From Scenedesmus sp. PABB004 (taxonomy: Eukaryota): a DNA stretch of 64,000 bases. Position 1 is the stretch's first letter. Every line of letters begins with the position of its first letter. Positions 36,660 through 47,535 of the stretch are shown here, one piece after another. The DNA lies in NCBI GenBank assembly GCA_014905635.1, contig JABVCE010000022.1, forward strand, positions 186,001 to 250,000. Reading direction: 5' to 3'. A program made the translations under genes and the position numbers. The notes under the pieces were generated by a model, which was not told where the DNA came from, did not search any database, and worked only from the letters and a program-made list of their open reading frames with translations.

Positions 36660-38990
36660 CAGTTTGACACGGGCTGCACCGCGCCGCCTACGCGCGCCTG
36701 CCGCCTGCGCGCGCCTGCCGCCTGCCGCGCGGCGCGCGCGGCCGCCGCTGCTCGCGACGGCCGCCGCGGCGCGGCGGACCGCCGGCCGGCCCCCGCCGCG
36801 GGCAGCCACGGCGGGGCCACCAGCGAAGATGCGCTGGGATACGAGGGCCGCCCGGCGCCGCCTCGGGGCGGTCCGCGAGCGGCGGCGCCGCCCCGGTGGC
36901 TGCGAGCCGCGGCGGCGGCGGGGAGGCCTGCAGCTGCGGCGCCGGGCCCGTCGTGGTGCTGGGCCCGGCCGGGGCCGCGCAGAGCGCGCTGGCGTCGACC
37001 CCAGCGCGTCTTAAGGGTTCAAGGCGGCCCTGATGGGCGGGATCCGTCGCCAGCTGGCCGCCGCGGCCGCCCCAGACGCGCCCACCGCAATCTCCTCGCC
37101 GTCCGACGCCCGCACGCACAGCCAGAATGGCCTCCCTCGCCACCCGCGCCTCCCTGGCCTCTGGCAGCTGCGTGGCTGGTGGGTGCCGGAGCGCGGCGCC
37201 AGGGACCGCGCATGGGCGGGCCGCCGCCGGCCGGCCCCCACCGCCGGCAGCCGCGGCGGCCACCAGCGGCGGAGCGCTGATGCTGCCGCCGCCCGGTGGT
37301 CGCGAGCGGCAGGGTGAGGGCGCCACGCTGCCACGCTGCCGGCCGCGCACACCGCCGCGCCGTGCGCACCTCGCCCGCCCCGCCGGTGTGCTCGTACAGC
37401 CCGGTCGCCCACGGGGCTGTCTCTCGACACCGGCGAGGCGGGCGAGGTGCGCACGCCGCGGCGGGGCTGCGCGCTGCGGCGCCCGCCCGCGCGGGGCGGC
37501 GGGCGCCGAGCGGCCGCGCGCCGCCGCCGGCGCCGCTGGGGGTCGCTCGCCGCGTGGTGCCGCGGCCTCGGCCACAGCCCGCACCGCTCATGTGCGCAGC
37601 ATGTGGGGTCGCACCAGCGCCGCGTGCGTGCTGTTTCGCAGCTGGTGCGACCCCTCACGCTGCGCAGCATGGCGCGCGCGCCTGTCGATGGGCTGGGGCC
37701 GCGCAGGCGGCGATGTCGCAGCCGGGGCAGCTGCAGCTTTGACACGGGCGGCGACATCGCCACCTGCGCGCACACGCCGCGCGGCGCCCGGCCGCTGCCG
37801 CTCGCGGCGGCCGCCGAGGCGGGCCGCCGCCGGCCGGCCCCCGCCGCCGGCAGCCACGGCGGGGCCACCAGCAGCGGTGCGCTGCTGCGTGGGCGCCGCC
37901 CGGCGCCGCCTCGGGCGGTCCGCGAGCGGCGGCGGCGATGGGCCCGCACGCTCTCCGCGCGGTGCGCAGGCCGGGCTGGGCCGCCCGCGGCGGCCGAGGC
38001 GCCGCCTGCCGCCAGCCAGGCGCACCGCGCCCCCCCCCCCCCCCCCCAACGCACAGCAGCGCGGCCACGCACACCCCGACGCGCCGCGCACCTTGCCCGC
38101 CCCGCCGGTGCACTCGTACTGGCCTGTAGGAGGAGTAGAGGGAGTGAGGCGGGTGAGGTGCGCACGCCGCGGCGGGGCTGCGCGCTGCGGCGCCCGCCCG
38201 CACGGGTCGGCGGGCGCCGAGCGGCCGCGCGCCGGCGCCGCCGCAGCCGGGTCGCTCACCGCGTGGCACCGGGCGGCCGCGGCGCACACCGCTCCATGGC
38301 GCGCAGCGTGTGGGGTCGCAGCAGCGCCGCGTGCTTGAGGTCATGCTGGAAGCACGACCTAGAGCACGCGCCGCTGGTGCGACCCCTCACGCGACGCAGC
38401 ATGGCGCGCGCGCCTGTCGATGGGCTGGGGCCGCGCAGGCGGCGATGTCGCAGCCGGGGCAGCTGCAGTGCCTGCCGCAACTGCCAGATCGCCGCCCGCG
38501 CGCGCCTGCCGCGGCGCGCGCGGCCGCCGCTGCTCGCGACGGCCGCCGCGGCGCGGCGGACCGCCGGCCGGCGCCCGCCGCGGGCAGCCACGGCGGGGCC
38601 ACCAGCGAAGATGCGCTGGGATACGAGGGCCGCCCGGCGCCGCCTCGGGGCGGTCCGCGAGCGGCGGCGCCGCCCCGGTGGCTGCGAGCCGCGGCGGCGG
38701 CGGGGAGGCCTGCAGCTGCGGCGCCGGGCCCGTCGTGGTGCTGGGCCCGGCCGGGGCCGCGCAGAGCGCGCTGGCGTCGACCCCAGCGCGTCTTAAGGGT
38801 TCAAGGCGGCCCTGATGGGCGGGATCCGTCGCCAGCTGGCCGCCGCGGCCGCCCCAGACGCGCCCACCGCAATCTCCTCGCCGTCCGACGCCCGCACGCA
38901 CAGCCAGAATGGCCTCCCTCGCCACCCGCGCCTCCCTGGCCTCTGGCAGCTGCGTGGCTGGTGGGTGCCGGAGCGCGGCGCTAGGGACCG
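36660..38990 (+). repeat. Nested tandem duplications of the psaE upstream region
   Basis: About 36720-37210 matches 38500-38990; 37330-37740 matches 38060-38467; 37800-37935 matches 36750-36890. Confidence 0.85.
37127..37210 (+). pseudogene. Truncated copy of psaE exon 1 and the start of intron 1
   Basis: atggcctccctcgccacccgc...gctggtgggtgccggagcgcggcgc is identical to 38909-38982, then diverges; no downstream psaE exons. Confidence 0.85.
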
Positions 38991-39866
38991 CTCGCGGGCG
39001 GGCGGTCGCGCCGGGGTGGCGGGCGGGGGCGCGGGGGCGCGACTCCGGATCGCTCAGACCATCCCGCGCCGCTGCGCCCGCAGCCAAGCCCCAGCGCGCG
39101 GTGCGGCTGGTCGTGCGGGCAGAGGGCGAGGCCGCGGCCGCCCCCAAGGCGGCGCCGAAGAAGGAGGTCGGCCCCAAGCGCGGCAGCACGGTGCGAGCAG
39201 CCGCTGGGGTCCCCCCCGCTTGCCCCGGCGCCCGCGGGCGCCGGCAGCGCGGGATCCGGAGCGCCGCGATCGCCGGCGTCGCTGGCGGCGAGGCGGGCAG
39301 CGCCGGCGGCTGGCGCGCGGAGCCGCGGGCCGGCGGGCGAGCGCCGACGTCGCCGCCGGCACCGGTCGCCGCAGGTCAAGATCCTGCGCCCGGAGAGCTA
39401 CTGGTACAACCAGACCGGCAAGGTGGTGTCTGTGGACCAGGTGCGCGCCCGCGGCGGCGGCGCACCGGGCGGGAGCTGCTCGGCGCACAGCGCGCGCCGG
39501 CGAGCGCGGGCGGCCCGCGCTGGCGGGCGCTCGCTGGCGGAACAGTGTCGTCCGCGGCAGGCGCCAGACTGCGCGCCAGACTTCGCGCCAGACTGCGCGC
39601 CAGACTGCGCGCCAGCGCCAGCGCCAGCCTGCGTGCCAGCAACCGCGGCCCGTGGCTGGGCCAGGCGCGCCCACCCGCCCCGCGCGCGCTGCGCGCGCGC
39701 CCACCCGCTGCGCCATCGCGCCCACTCTCTCCCCCCGCGCCGCGCCCGCCCCTCCTCTGCGCAGAGCGGCATCCTCTACCCCGTGGTGGTGCGCTTTGAG
39801 GCCCAGAACTACGCCGGCGTGTCGACCAACAACTTCGCGCTGGACGAGGTGGAGCCCGCCAAGTAA
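38909..39866 (+). CDS. psaE: Photosystem I subunit IV precursor (4 exons)
   Basis: Transit peptide, then [66 protein letters not shown]. Confidence 0.97.
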
Positions 39867-41267
39867 ATGGCGCTGCAGCTGCCGCGCCCGCGTCGGGAAC
39901 TGTGTCGATAGGTGCGGCGTGCGCGGGGGGCTGTGCGCTGCGCACCGCATGCGCTTGCGGGGCGGCGGTGGCACGCGCGCTGGCGCGGGGGCGCGCGCGG
40001 CGGCGCGCCCGCCCGCTTGCGCGCCTGCGCTCAATCGCCCGTGCGCGCGCGCCGCCGGCCGCCCGCCGCGCAGGTAGTGGCGGGCATGCGCCGGCGGCGG
40101 TGCAGCCGAATCTGGCAGCCAGCGGCGGCCGCCGGCCGCGCGGGAGCAGCCCCGTGGCAGCGCCGCGCGCGCGGTCGGCGCGCTGGCAGCGTCTTTTGCC
40201 GTCCATCGCCCGCGCGCGCTCAGGGCAGCAGGCCCACGGCGGCGCCGGCGGCCCTCGCGCGGAGGGCCGGGGCGCTCGCCGCGCTGCTGCCCGCGTGCGG
40301 CGCGCGTGAGGTGGCGCGCGCCCTGCAGCAGCAGCTGCGGCGCGGCGCGTGTTGTGCGGGCCCCGCACGGGCCAGCAGGTGTGGCGTTGGGAGGCGTCGG
40401 ACGGCGTGTCGCGACACGCCGCACGGGGCGGGCGTCGCCCCGCCCCGCCAGTGTAAAGCTGGCACTCTGTGCGTCGCGCAAGGCCGTGCGTGGGCGCGCA
40501 CGCAGCGCCAGGCAGCGGCTCGCGCCCGCGGCAGGGGACCTGCGCTCGCGGCGCGTCGCTGCGCGGGCGCTGGCGGCAGCAGCCTGGCGCGCGGGGCGGC
40601 TTCGGCAGCGCCGCCGGCGCCTGGCCCGACCCTCAGCCATGGTTGCCACGGCCCTGCAGCGCCAGCACCCGCGCCGTGCCGCGCGGACCGCTGCCGCGGC
40701 TGCACCGCCACGGTCCTGCGCCGCGGTCCTGCGCCGCCGCCGGGACCGGTCGTGGGCGTCTGTGCTGCCCCGGTGCACTCGCTCCTGCCGCTGTCGCCGG
40801 AGCCCCCTTCGCAGCCCCGCTTCCCGCCCCGTCCGCGCCGGCGCCGCTGCTCCGTCCCCGCCGCCGCTGCTCCCTGCACGCCGCCGCCTGCAGGCCACGC
40901 GCATGCCGGACGCCGCGCCGGTGGTCGGGTGGAACTCCTTGCGTTCCCGGACCACTGCGGCGTGGTCTGCGGGGGCCTCCAGCGCCCGCGAAGGCGGGCT
41001 GATGGCCCGCGCCTGAGCGCCCGCTTCTGAGCCAGCAGGCGCAGCGACAGGTGGGTCGCGTGGGCTCTGCGGCGCGATCAGGCACCCGTGCATCCCGTCA
41101 GCGCGCTGCAGCCGCGCGCTGCGGCCTGCGGCCTGCGCTGGGCGGGGCGGCGCGCTGCCGCTGCCGCTGCCGCCGCTGCTCACGCCGCCCCGCCCCTCAC
41201 CCGCCACCCCCCCCTTTTCCCCCCGCCCCCTGGCGCCGCAGCGGCCGCGGCCGGGGCGCCACGCGCC

Positions 41268-41738
41268 ATGGCCGCCAGCGGCGGCGGCGGCGAGCTGCCG
41301 CGCGACGCGACGGCGGTGCGCGACGTGCTGAAGACGATGGGCGTCGAGGCCGCGGAGCCGCGCGTGGTGAGCATGCTGCTGGACTTTATGTACAGCTACG
41401 TCTCGGGCGTCCTGCAGGACGCGGGCGCGTTTGCGGAGCAGGTCGGGCGCGCGCCGGGCGAGGTGGAGCAGGCCGACGTCGCGCTCGCGGTCGCGGCGCG
41501 CGCGCGGCACGCGTTTGTGCCGCAGCCGCCGATCGAGGTGCTGCGCGAGCTCGCCGACGCCGTGAACGAGCGGCCGCTGCCACCGCTGGCGGACGCGGAG
41601 GACCGCGGCTACGGCCTGCGCACGCCCGCGAACGAGCACACGCTCACGCAGGCGAACTGGCGCATCAACGTCGCCGCCGCGGCGGCCGCCGAGCAGGGCG
41701 GCGCCGGCGGCGAGCACGCGCACAACGGGCTGGCGTAG
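41268..41738 (+). CDS. TAF9: TFIID subunit 9, single exon
   Basis: LPRDATAVRDVLKTMGV..EPRVVSMLLDFMYSY...DVALAV...PPIEVLRELADAVNERPLP...GLRTP...LTQANW. Confidence 0.92.
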   Translation: MAASGGGGELPRDATAVRDVLKTMGVEAAEPRVVSMLLDFMYSYVSGVLQDAGAFAEQVGRAPGEVEQADVALAVAARARHAFVPQPPIEVLRELADAVNERPLPPLADAEDRGYGLRTPANEHTLTQANWRINVAAAAAAEQGGAGGEHAHNGLA

Positions 41739-42175
41739 GCGCCGCCGGTGCGGCGGCCGCGGCGGGGCGCGGGCGGCGCGGGCGGCGCAACGGTCGTGCA
41801 ACGCCCTTGCGCTCGCCAAACCCCGCGCGATCGGCTGTTGTCTTCACGCGCGCCGTCGGCGCCAGCCAGCCCCGAGCCCCCTCCACTCCAGCACCAGCTC
41901 GCGCCCCAGGCCTCCGCGACGCAGCGCGTGCTCGCTGCTCCCGCGCGCCCGCCGCTGCGCCCGCCGCTGCGCCCGCCGCCGCAGCGTGGGCGGAGGTTGC
42001 TGGCGGCGTCTCGGGCCTTGAGCCGACCCACAGCGGCCTGCCACGCGGCGGGCCTGCGAGCGGACGGCAGCAGCAGTTTGATTCGGGTGGGCCTGAGCAG
42101 CTGCCGGAGCTGCGGGATCCGCGCGAGCCGCCCACGGCGACGCGCTGACGCCTCGGCACGCCGCCGCGTGACGCC

Positions 42176-44823
42176 ATGGTGAGCCGGGAGCCGGCAGCAT
42201 GAGAGAGCGCCGCGGGCCGCGTGCGCCGTGCAGCAGCAGCGGCGCGGGCCGCGCGCCAGCAGTGGCGATCCGCGGCCGCCGCCGGCGTCGCCGCCCTGAG
42301 CCGGCCTGCCTCCCGCCCGCGCGCCAGGATCCGCTGCAGTTTGGTGCGGAGGACGCGCCGCTCGACGCGCCGCCGGCCTGCGCGAACGGCGGCGCCCCCG
42401 CGGCCGCGGCGCCCCCGCCGGGCCCGCCGCCGCCGTACGAGGCGGTCGTGTCCGACGCGGCGGGCAGCCACAGCATGGCGGCGGGCCCGCCCGCGGCCGC
42501 GGCGCCCACGGCCGCGCCGGCGCCCGCGCCCGCGCCCAACGGCGGCGCGGCCGCCCCCGCGGCGGGGCCGAGCGCGTTTGAGATCACCGTCGCCGACCCG
42601 GTGAAGCAGGGCGAGGGCGTGTCGGCGTACGTCTCGTACAAGGCGCGGCCCGCGCCCGCGCCCGCGCGCGCTGGCCCCGGCCGCGCGCCCCTGCGCCGCG
42701 CTGCGCCGACCGCGGGCCGCCGCCGCCGCCGCCCGCGGGCCGCCGCGCGGGCGGGCGCAGGTGCGCACGCGCACGTCGCTGCCGCAGTACAACCGCCCCG
42801 CGGCGGAGGTCATCCGGCGCTTCCGCGACTTTGCCCACCTCGAGGCGCAGCTCGGCGAGCGCCACCGCGGCGCGATCGTGCCGCCGCTGCCGGAGAAGAA
42901 CGCGGTGCAGAAGTTCCAGATGGCCGGCGAGTTCATCGAGGAGCGCCGCGCCGCGCTGCAGGTCCGCCGGCGGGGGGTCGCCGGGCCGCGCCCGCCCGCC
43001 GGCGCGGCGCGCGCCGCGCCGCAACACGCCCCGCGGCGCCGTGCGCGCGCGCCCAGGTGTTCCTGAACCGCGTTGCGGCGCACCCGGTGCTGTCCAAGAG
43101 CGCGGAGCTGCAGCTCTTCCTGGAGGCGACCGAGGACACGTGGGCGGTGGAGATGGCGCGCGCGCAGGTGCCGCGCGCGCCCGCGGCACGCCGCGCCCGC
43201 GCGCCGCGCCGCGCCGCGCCGCGCCGCGCCGCCCCGCGCCGCGCCGCGCCGCGCCCGCCGAGAGCCCCGCGCCGCGCGCCGCAGGCCGCCGCCGCGGGCG
43301 CGGGCGCGGGCGGCGCGGGCGGGCCGAAGAAGCGGCTGGAGGACGCGGTGGGCTGGATCAAGGGCCTCGGCGCGGCGGCGAGCAGCATCGTGGGCGGCGG
43401 CGGCCGCGCGGTCGACGCGGCAGAGGACCCAGAGTATGTCAAGGTGAGCTGTCGCCGCCGCGCTGAGCTGTATGACATTGTTGTGTGCTGTGTGCGGAGA
43501 GGGGCGTGCGCCGCGCGCCCGCCCAGCCGCGCGTCCCGCGCTCCCCCGCCGCCGGGGCGGCAGGTGCGCGACTACCTGCTGGCGCTGGAGAGCCACCTGG
43601 CCGAGGCGCACCGCCAGGCGGCGCGGCTGACGACCAAGGAGGCGGAGCTGGGCGAGGCGACGCTCGAGTTTGGCCAGGCGCGCCGGCGGCGGCGCGCTGC
43701 GCGCCCGCGCCGCGCGCTGCGCCGGCCCCCGCCGAGCGCGCGCCGAGCGCGCGCGGCCGCCCGCCCGCCCGCCCGCCGCAGGCGCTGGAGCGCCTCGGCC
43801 GCCTGGAGGAGGGCAACGTGAGCGAGGCGTTTGCGCAGGTCTCGGCGCGCGCGGGCGAGCTCGTGGCGGCGCGGCGCAAGGGCTGCGAGGCGCTTGGCGC
43901 GCGCTTCGAAGCTCCGCTCAAGGAGGCGGTGCGGCGCGGCGCGGCGCGGCGCGGCGCGGCGCGCGCGCCAGGGCCCGGGCGCCGCGCGCTGCCGCGCCGG
44001 CGCTGCCGCGCCGCGGGGCCGACCCCGCCGCCGACCCCGCCGCCGCGCAGGTGCGCAGCGTGCGGTCGGCGACGGCCGTGTGCAACGACCGCGCGCTCGC
44101 GCTGGGCGCGCACCTGGCGGCCAAGCAAGACCTGGACGCGAAGAAGGTGTGGCTGGGCCGAGAGCCTCGGCGGCGACGCGCGCGGACGTGCGCGGCGCCG
44201 CGCGCAGGCCACAGTGCGCGCGTGCGGCGCGCCCGCCGCCGACGCGGCGCGGCCGCCGGCGGCGCGCGCAGGTGCGCTGGGCCAAGCTGCGCGGCACGCC
44301 GGGCAGCCCGCCGGAGAAGCTGGCCGAGGCGGAGCGCGAGGTGCGCGCCTGGCGGGGCTGGCAGCCGCTCGCGCGCCGCGCGCCGAGCTGCTGCTGCTGC
44401 GGAGCGCCGCGCCGCTCTGAGGCCTGCCTAGCATGACGCCCGCCGCGCGCCGCCGCGCCGCAGGTGTCCGAGGCGGAGGCGCGGCTGCGCGACAGCCGCG
44501 TCGCGTACGAGGAGCTGGTCGCGGTCATGACGGAGGAGCTCAACCGCTGGCAGAAGGAGCGCGCCGCCGACATGAGCGCGCTGCTGCGCGACTTTGCGCT
44601 CGCCCAGGTGCGCGCAGGGCCGCCCACGCCCGCGGCGCGCTCGCGGGGCGCGGGACGGGCGCGCGCAGCACGGCGGCGCGCTCACCCCACGCCGGCGGCG
44701 GCGCCCGCCGCCGCGCAGGCGTCCATGGCGAGCGAAGGCGTGCGCGCGTGGAGCGGGCTGCTGGCGGAGCTGCAGGCCGTCGCGGGCGGCGGCGCCGGCG
44801 GGGCGGGCGCCGCGGCGCGCTGA
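42176..44823 (+). CDS. SNX1: Sorting nexin (PX-BAR, SNX1-like), 11 exons
   Basis: FEITVADPVKQGEGVSAYVSYK|VRTRT...VIRRFRDFAHL...IVPPLPEKNAVQKF...EFIEERRAALQ|VFLNRVAAHPVL; BAR end MTEELNRWQKER. First coding exon is probably only ATG (42176-42178). Confidence 0.92.
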
Positions 44824-45026
44824 GCCCTCGCGCGCGTTTCCAGCTCGCGGTTATTACCTTCCGCCGCTCCAAACAGGCCGGCCGCTCCCTGCGCCGCCCG
44901 CGGCTCGCAGCTCGCAGCGGACGCCCGCCAGTTCGGGGCCAACCGCCGCCGTGCCGCCGTGTCCAGCCCGCCCGCCGTCGCCGGCAGCTGCCCTGCGCGC
45001 CCGTGGCCGGGCAGCTCCACCGCAAC

Positions 45027-46162
45027 ATGCGCTGCTTCTCCTGCTTTGGCGGCGGCGCTCGGCCAGCGGCCGGCGACGACGACAGCGGCGGCGGTGCGCG
45101 CAGCCTCGCGCGTCGCCCGTGGCTGCCGCAGACGAGCGGCTGCGGGCCAGGCGGATGCTCGTGATGATGATGATGAAGTGCTCGCACGTGCCGGGCGCGG
45201 CAGTGGCTGCAGCGGCAGCGTCCCGCCGCACGCCGCGCGCGCGTGCTGCCGCCAACCGCCGCCTTGCGTGCCGCCGCAGGCGCGGACGGCGCGCCGCACA
45301 GCAGCAACCGGGCCCAGCCGCAGGGCCAGCTCAAGCCGGCGGCGCCGCGCGCCGCCTCGCCGCGCGCGGAGCCCCGCGACGCTGGTGCCAGCGCGCGGGA
45401 CCAGGCGGCCACGCTCGCGCGCGCAAAGCCGGCGGCAGCCGCTGGATGGCGCCGGCCCGCGCCCGGGGGGCGCCCGCGGCGGACAGCACGCGGGCGCCGC
45501 CCGCTCCTGACACCGTCCCGGCGGCGGCGCCGGCGGCGGCCGCGGCGCCGGCGCTGCCGCCCGCGGCCAGCCGCACCGCGGCAGCGCCCGCCGCCGGCAG
45601 CGGTGCCGTGGCGGGCGCGCCGGCCGCGCCGCAGCCCGCGCAGGCCGCGCGCGCCGCCGCAGCCCCGCAGCACGGCCAGCAGGCGCACGCGCTGCGCCGG
45701 CTGGCGCGCGCCGCGGCGGCCCGCGCGGCGCCCGCCGCCGAGCTCGCGGCCGCGCTCGCCGTGGTGCAGCTGTGCGGCGCCGCGCTCTTCCTGCTGGAGC
45801 GCTGCCCCGCGTGGGCCGACGCCGCGCCCGGCTGGGTCGCGTCGGCAGCCGGCGGCGCCGCGGCGTGGCTGGACGCCTGGTGGCAGGAGCCTGGTGGCCC
45901 CGCGGGCGCCCCCCGGCAGCCCGGCGCGGCGGTGGCGGCGGCGGCGCTCGCCGACGCGCGCCGCGCGGTGCTCGCCGCCGCCGCCGCGGCGGTCCCCGAC
46001 CCGAGCGCGGGCGGCCCAGGCGCGCCGCTGCGCAGCCACCAGCCGGCCTGGCTGTCGGACAGCGAGAGCGACGAGCCCGACGAGGAGGGCCGCGCGGCCG
46101 ACGCGGCGGGCGGCGTGCCGCGGCGGCAGCGCGACCAGGCGGCCGCCCGCGGGATTGCCTGA
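45027..46162 (+). CDS. Hypothetical protein; exon structure uncertain
   Basis: MRCFSCFGGG... start with a GT donor at 45094; terminal coding-like stretch ...LFLLERCPAW...LDAWWQEP...WLSDSESDEPDEEG...GIA*. Frames not fully reconciled. Confidence 0.4.
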
Positions 46163-46175
46163 GTGTGAGCGTCAG

Positions 46176-46177
46176 TG

Positions 46178-46242
<65 letters not shown>

Positions 46243-46257
46243 GCGTGTGTGTGTGTG
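46176..46257. repeat. (GTGC)n then (GT)n microsatellite
   Basis: About 16 GTGC units directly visible. Confidence 0.9.
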
Positions 46258-46427
46258 GGGGGGGGTGTACATGGCAGCGCGTGGCTTTTTCTTGAGCGTG
46301 CAGCGGAGCAGACAGTGGAATGCAACCTCTGCGGGCACGAGCTTGTGGGGGGCACTGGCAGCCGCGTCTGATGCACCTCGCCAGATGGGCAACCGTATGA
46401 TACCGCGCCGCACCGCGCCAACGTCCT

Positions 46428-46932
46428 GCGCAGGCCGCAGCGCGCACGCCGCGCGCCGACCGCAGCGCGCGCCGCGCGCCCGCGGCACAGCCGCCGCCGG
46501 CGCGCTGGGCCAGGCTGCGTGGCACGCCGGGCAGCCCGCCGGAGAAGCTGGCCGAGGCGGAGCGCGAGGTGCGCGGGCGGGGCCGCGCCGGGGGCCCGCG
46601 CGCGGCGGCCGGCCAGCACGGCGGCGGCGGCGCCGTGCGCGGGCTGGATGCGCGGCGTCGCCGCGCTGGCGGGAAGGCCGCGCAGGGCGGCAGAAACGCT
46701 CGCTGCGTGGCCGGGAGGGCAACGGATTCAAATTGTGACAGCTCCCCCGGCGGCGAGCGGGCGCGCCTCCCGCAGCGCGTTCAGAGCTGGCAGCCGCATC
46801 TCGCACGCCGCGCGCCACGCCGCTGCTGCGAAGAGCGCCGCGCCGCTCTCTCTAGAGTTAGCCCGACCTCGCGCCCGTGTGGGCCAGCCCCCCGGCGCGA
46901 GCGCTGAGGCCTAGCATGACGTCCGCCGCGCT
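46428..46932 (+). pseudogene. Duplicated sorting-nexin fragment (one exon plus flanking intron) with two insertions
   Basis: 46502-46575 matches exon 44272-44340 (RWAKLRGTPGSPPEKLAEAERE). 46786-46849 and 46904-46931 match SNX intron 44357-44449. Confidence 0.85.
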
Positions 46933-47535
46933 GGGAGCGGCCGGCGCCAGCGGGGGCTGCGACGCGGTGCGCGCTGGGGGTGGCCGCCGCCGCATCGCCC
47001 CCGCCCGGCGCCCACCGCCTCCCGCCGGCCGCGCGGCGCACCGCAACGGGTGCGCGTGGGTCTCACCTGCCCCCTCCCCGCCCCGCAGGCCGGCCCCAAG
47101 CGCCCACTGCACGGCGCGCTGGCCAAGATGCGGCCGCTCGCCCGCGGCGGCCAGGTGAGCGAGCGGTGGCCAGCGGCCGCCCGTCGTCGGCGTCCTGGCG
47201 GCAGCGGGCGCGGCCGGCGCTGCGCGGCGGGGCCAACCGCCTCCGCCGCGCCCGCCCGTCCCGCCAACCGCCGCCGCGCCGCCGTCGCCCGCGCGCCGGC
47301 GCAGGCGCGCACGTTCTTCGACAGCGCCGACTGGCAGATGGCGCAGGAGGGCAAGCACGCGGCGTCGGCCCTGGCGCCCGCGCGCGACGCGAGCCAGCCG
47401 GCGGCGCTCGTGCACTGGACCGCCGCGCTCTCGCCCGAGCACGCCGCGCCGGCCGCGCCGTCGCCGGGGGCGCAGCCCCTGGGCGTCGCCGCCGGCGGCG
47501 CGCGCCGCGCGTCGCGCCTGAGCGCCTGCACCTAG
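46916..47535 (+). CDS. ENSA: Endosulfine / ARPP19 family phosphoprotein (3 exons predicted)
   Basis: RTFFDSADWQM (plant-type FDSADW motif) and C-terminal RRASRL. Exons 46916-46966, 47089-47154, 47305-47535; start tentative. Confidence 0.75.

Noticed and set aside
39558..39630. 12-bp repeat (gcgcgccagact) x4 in psaE intron 3
   Set aside because: Ordinary short intronic slippage repeat.
39900..41260. Possible minus-strand gene between psaE and TAF9 (…ADHAAVVRERKEFHPTTG…)
   Set aside because: No coherent exon chain or recognisable domain; may be UTR or intergenic.
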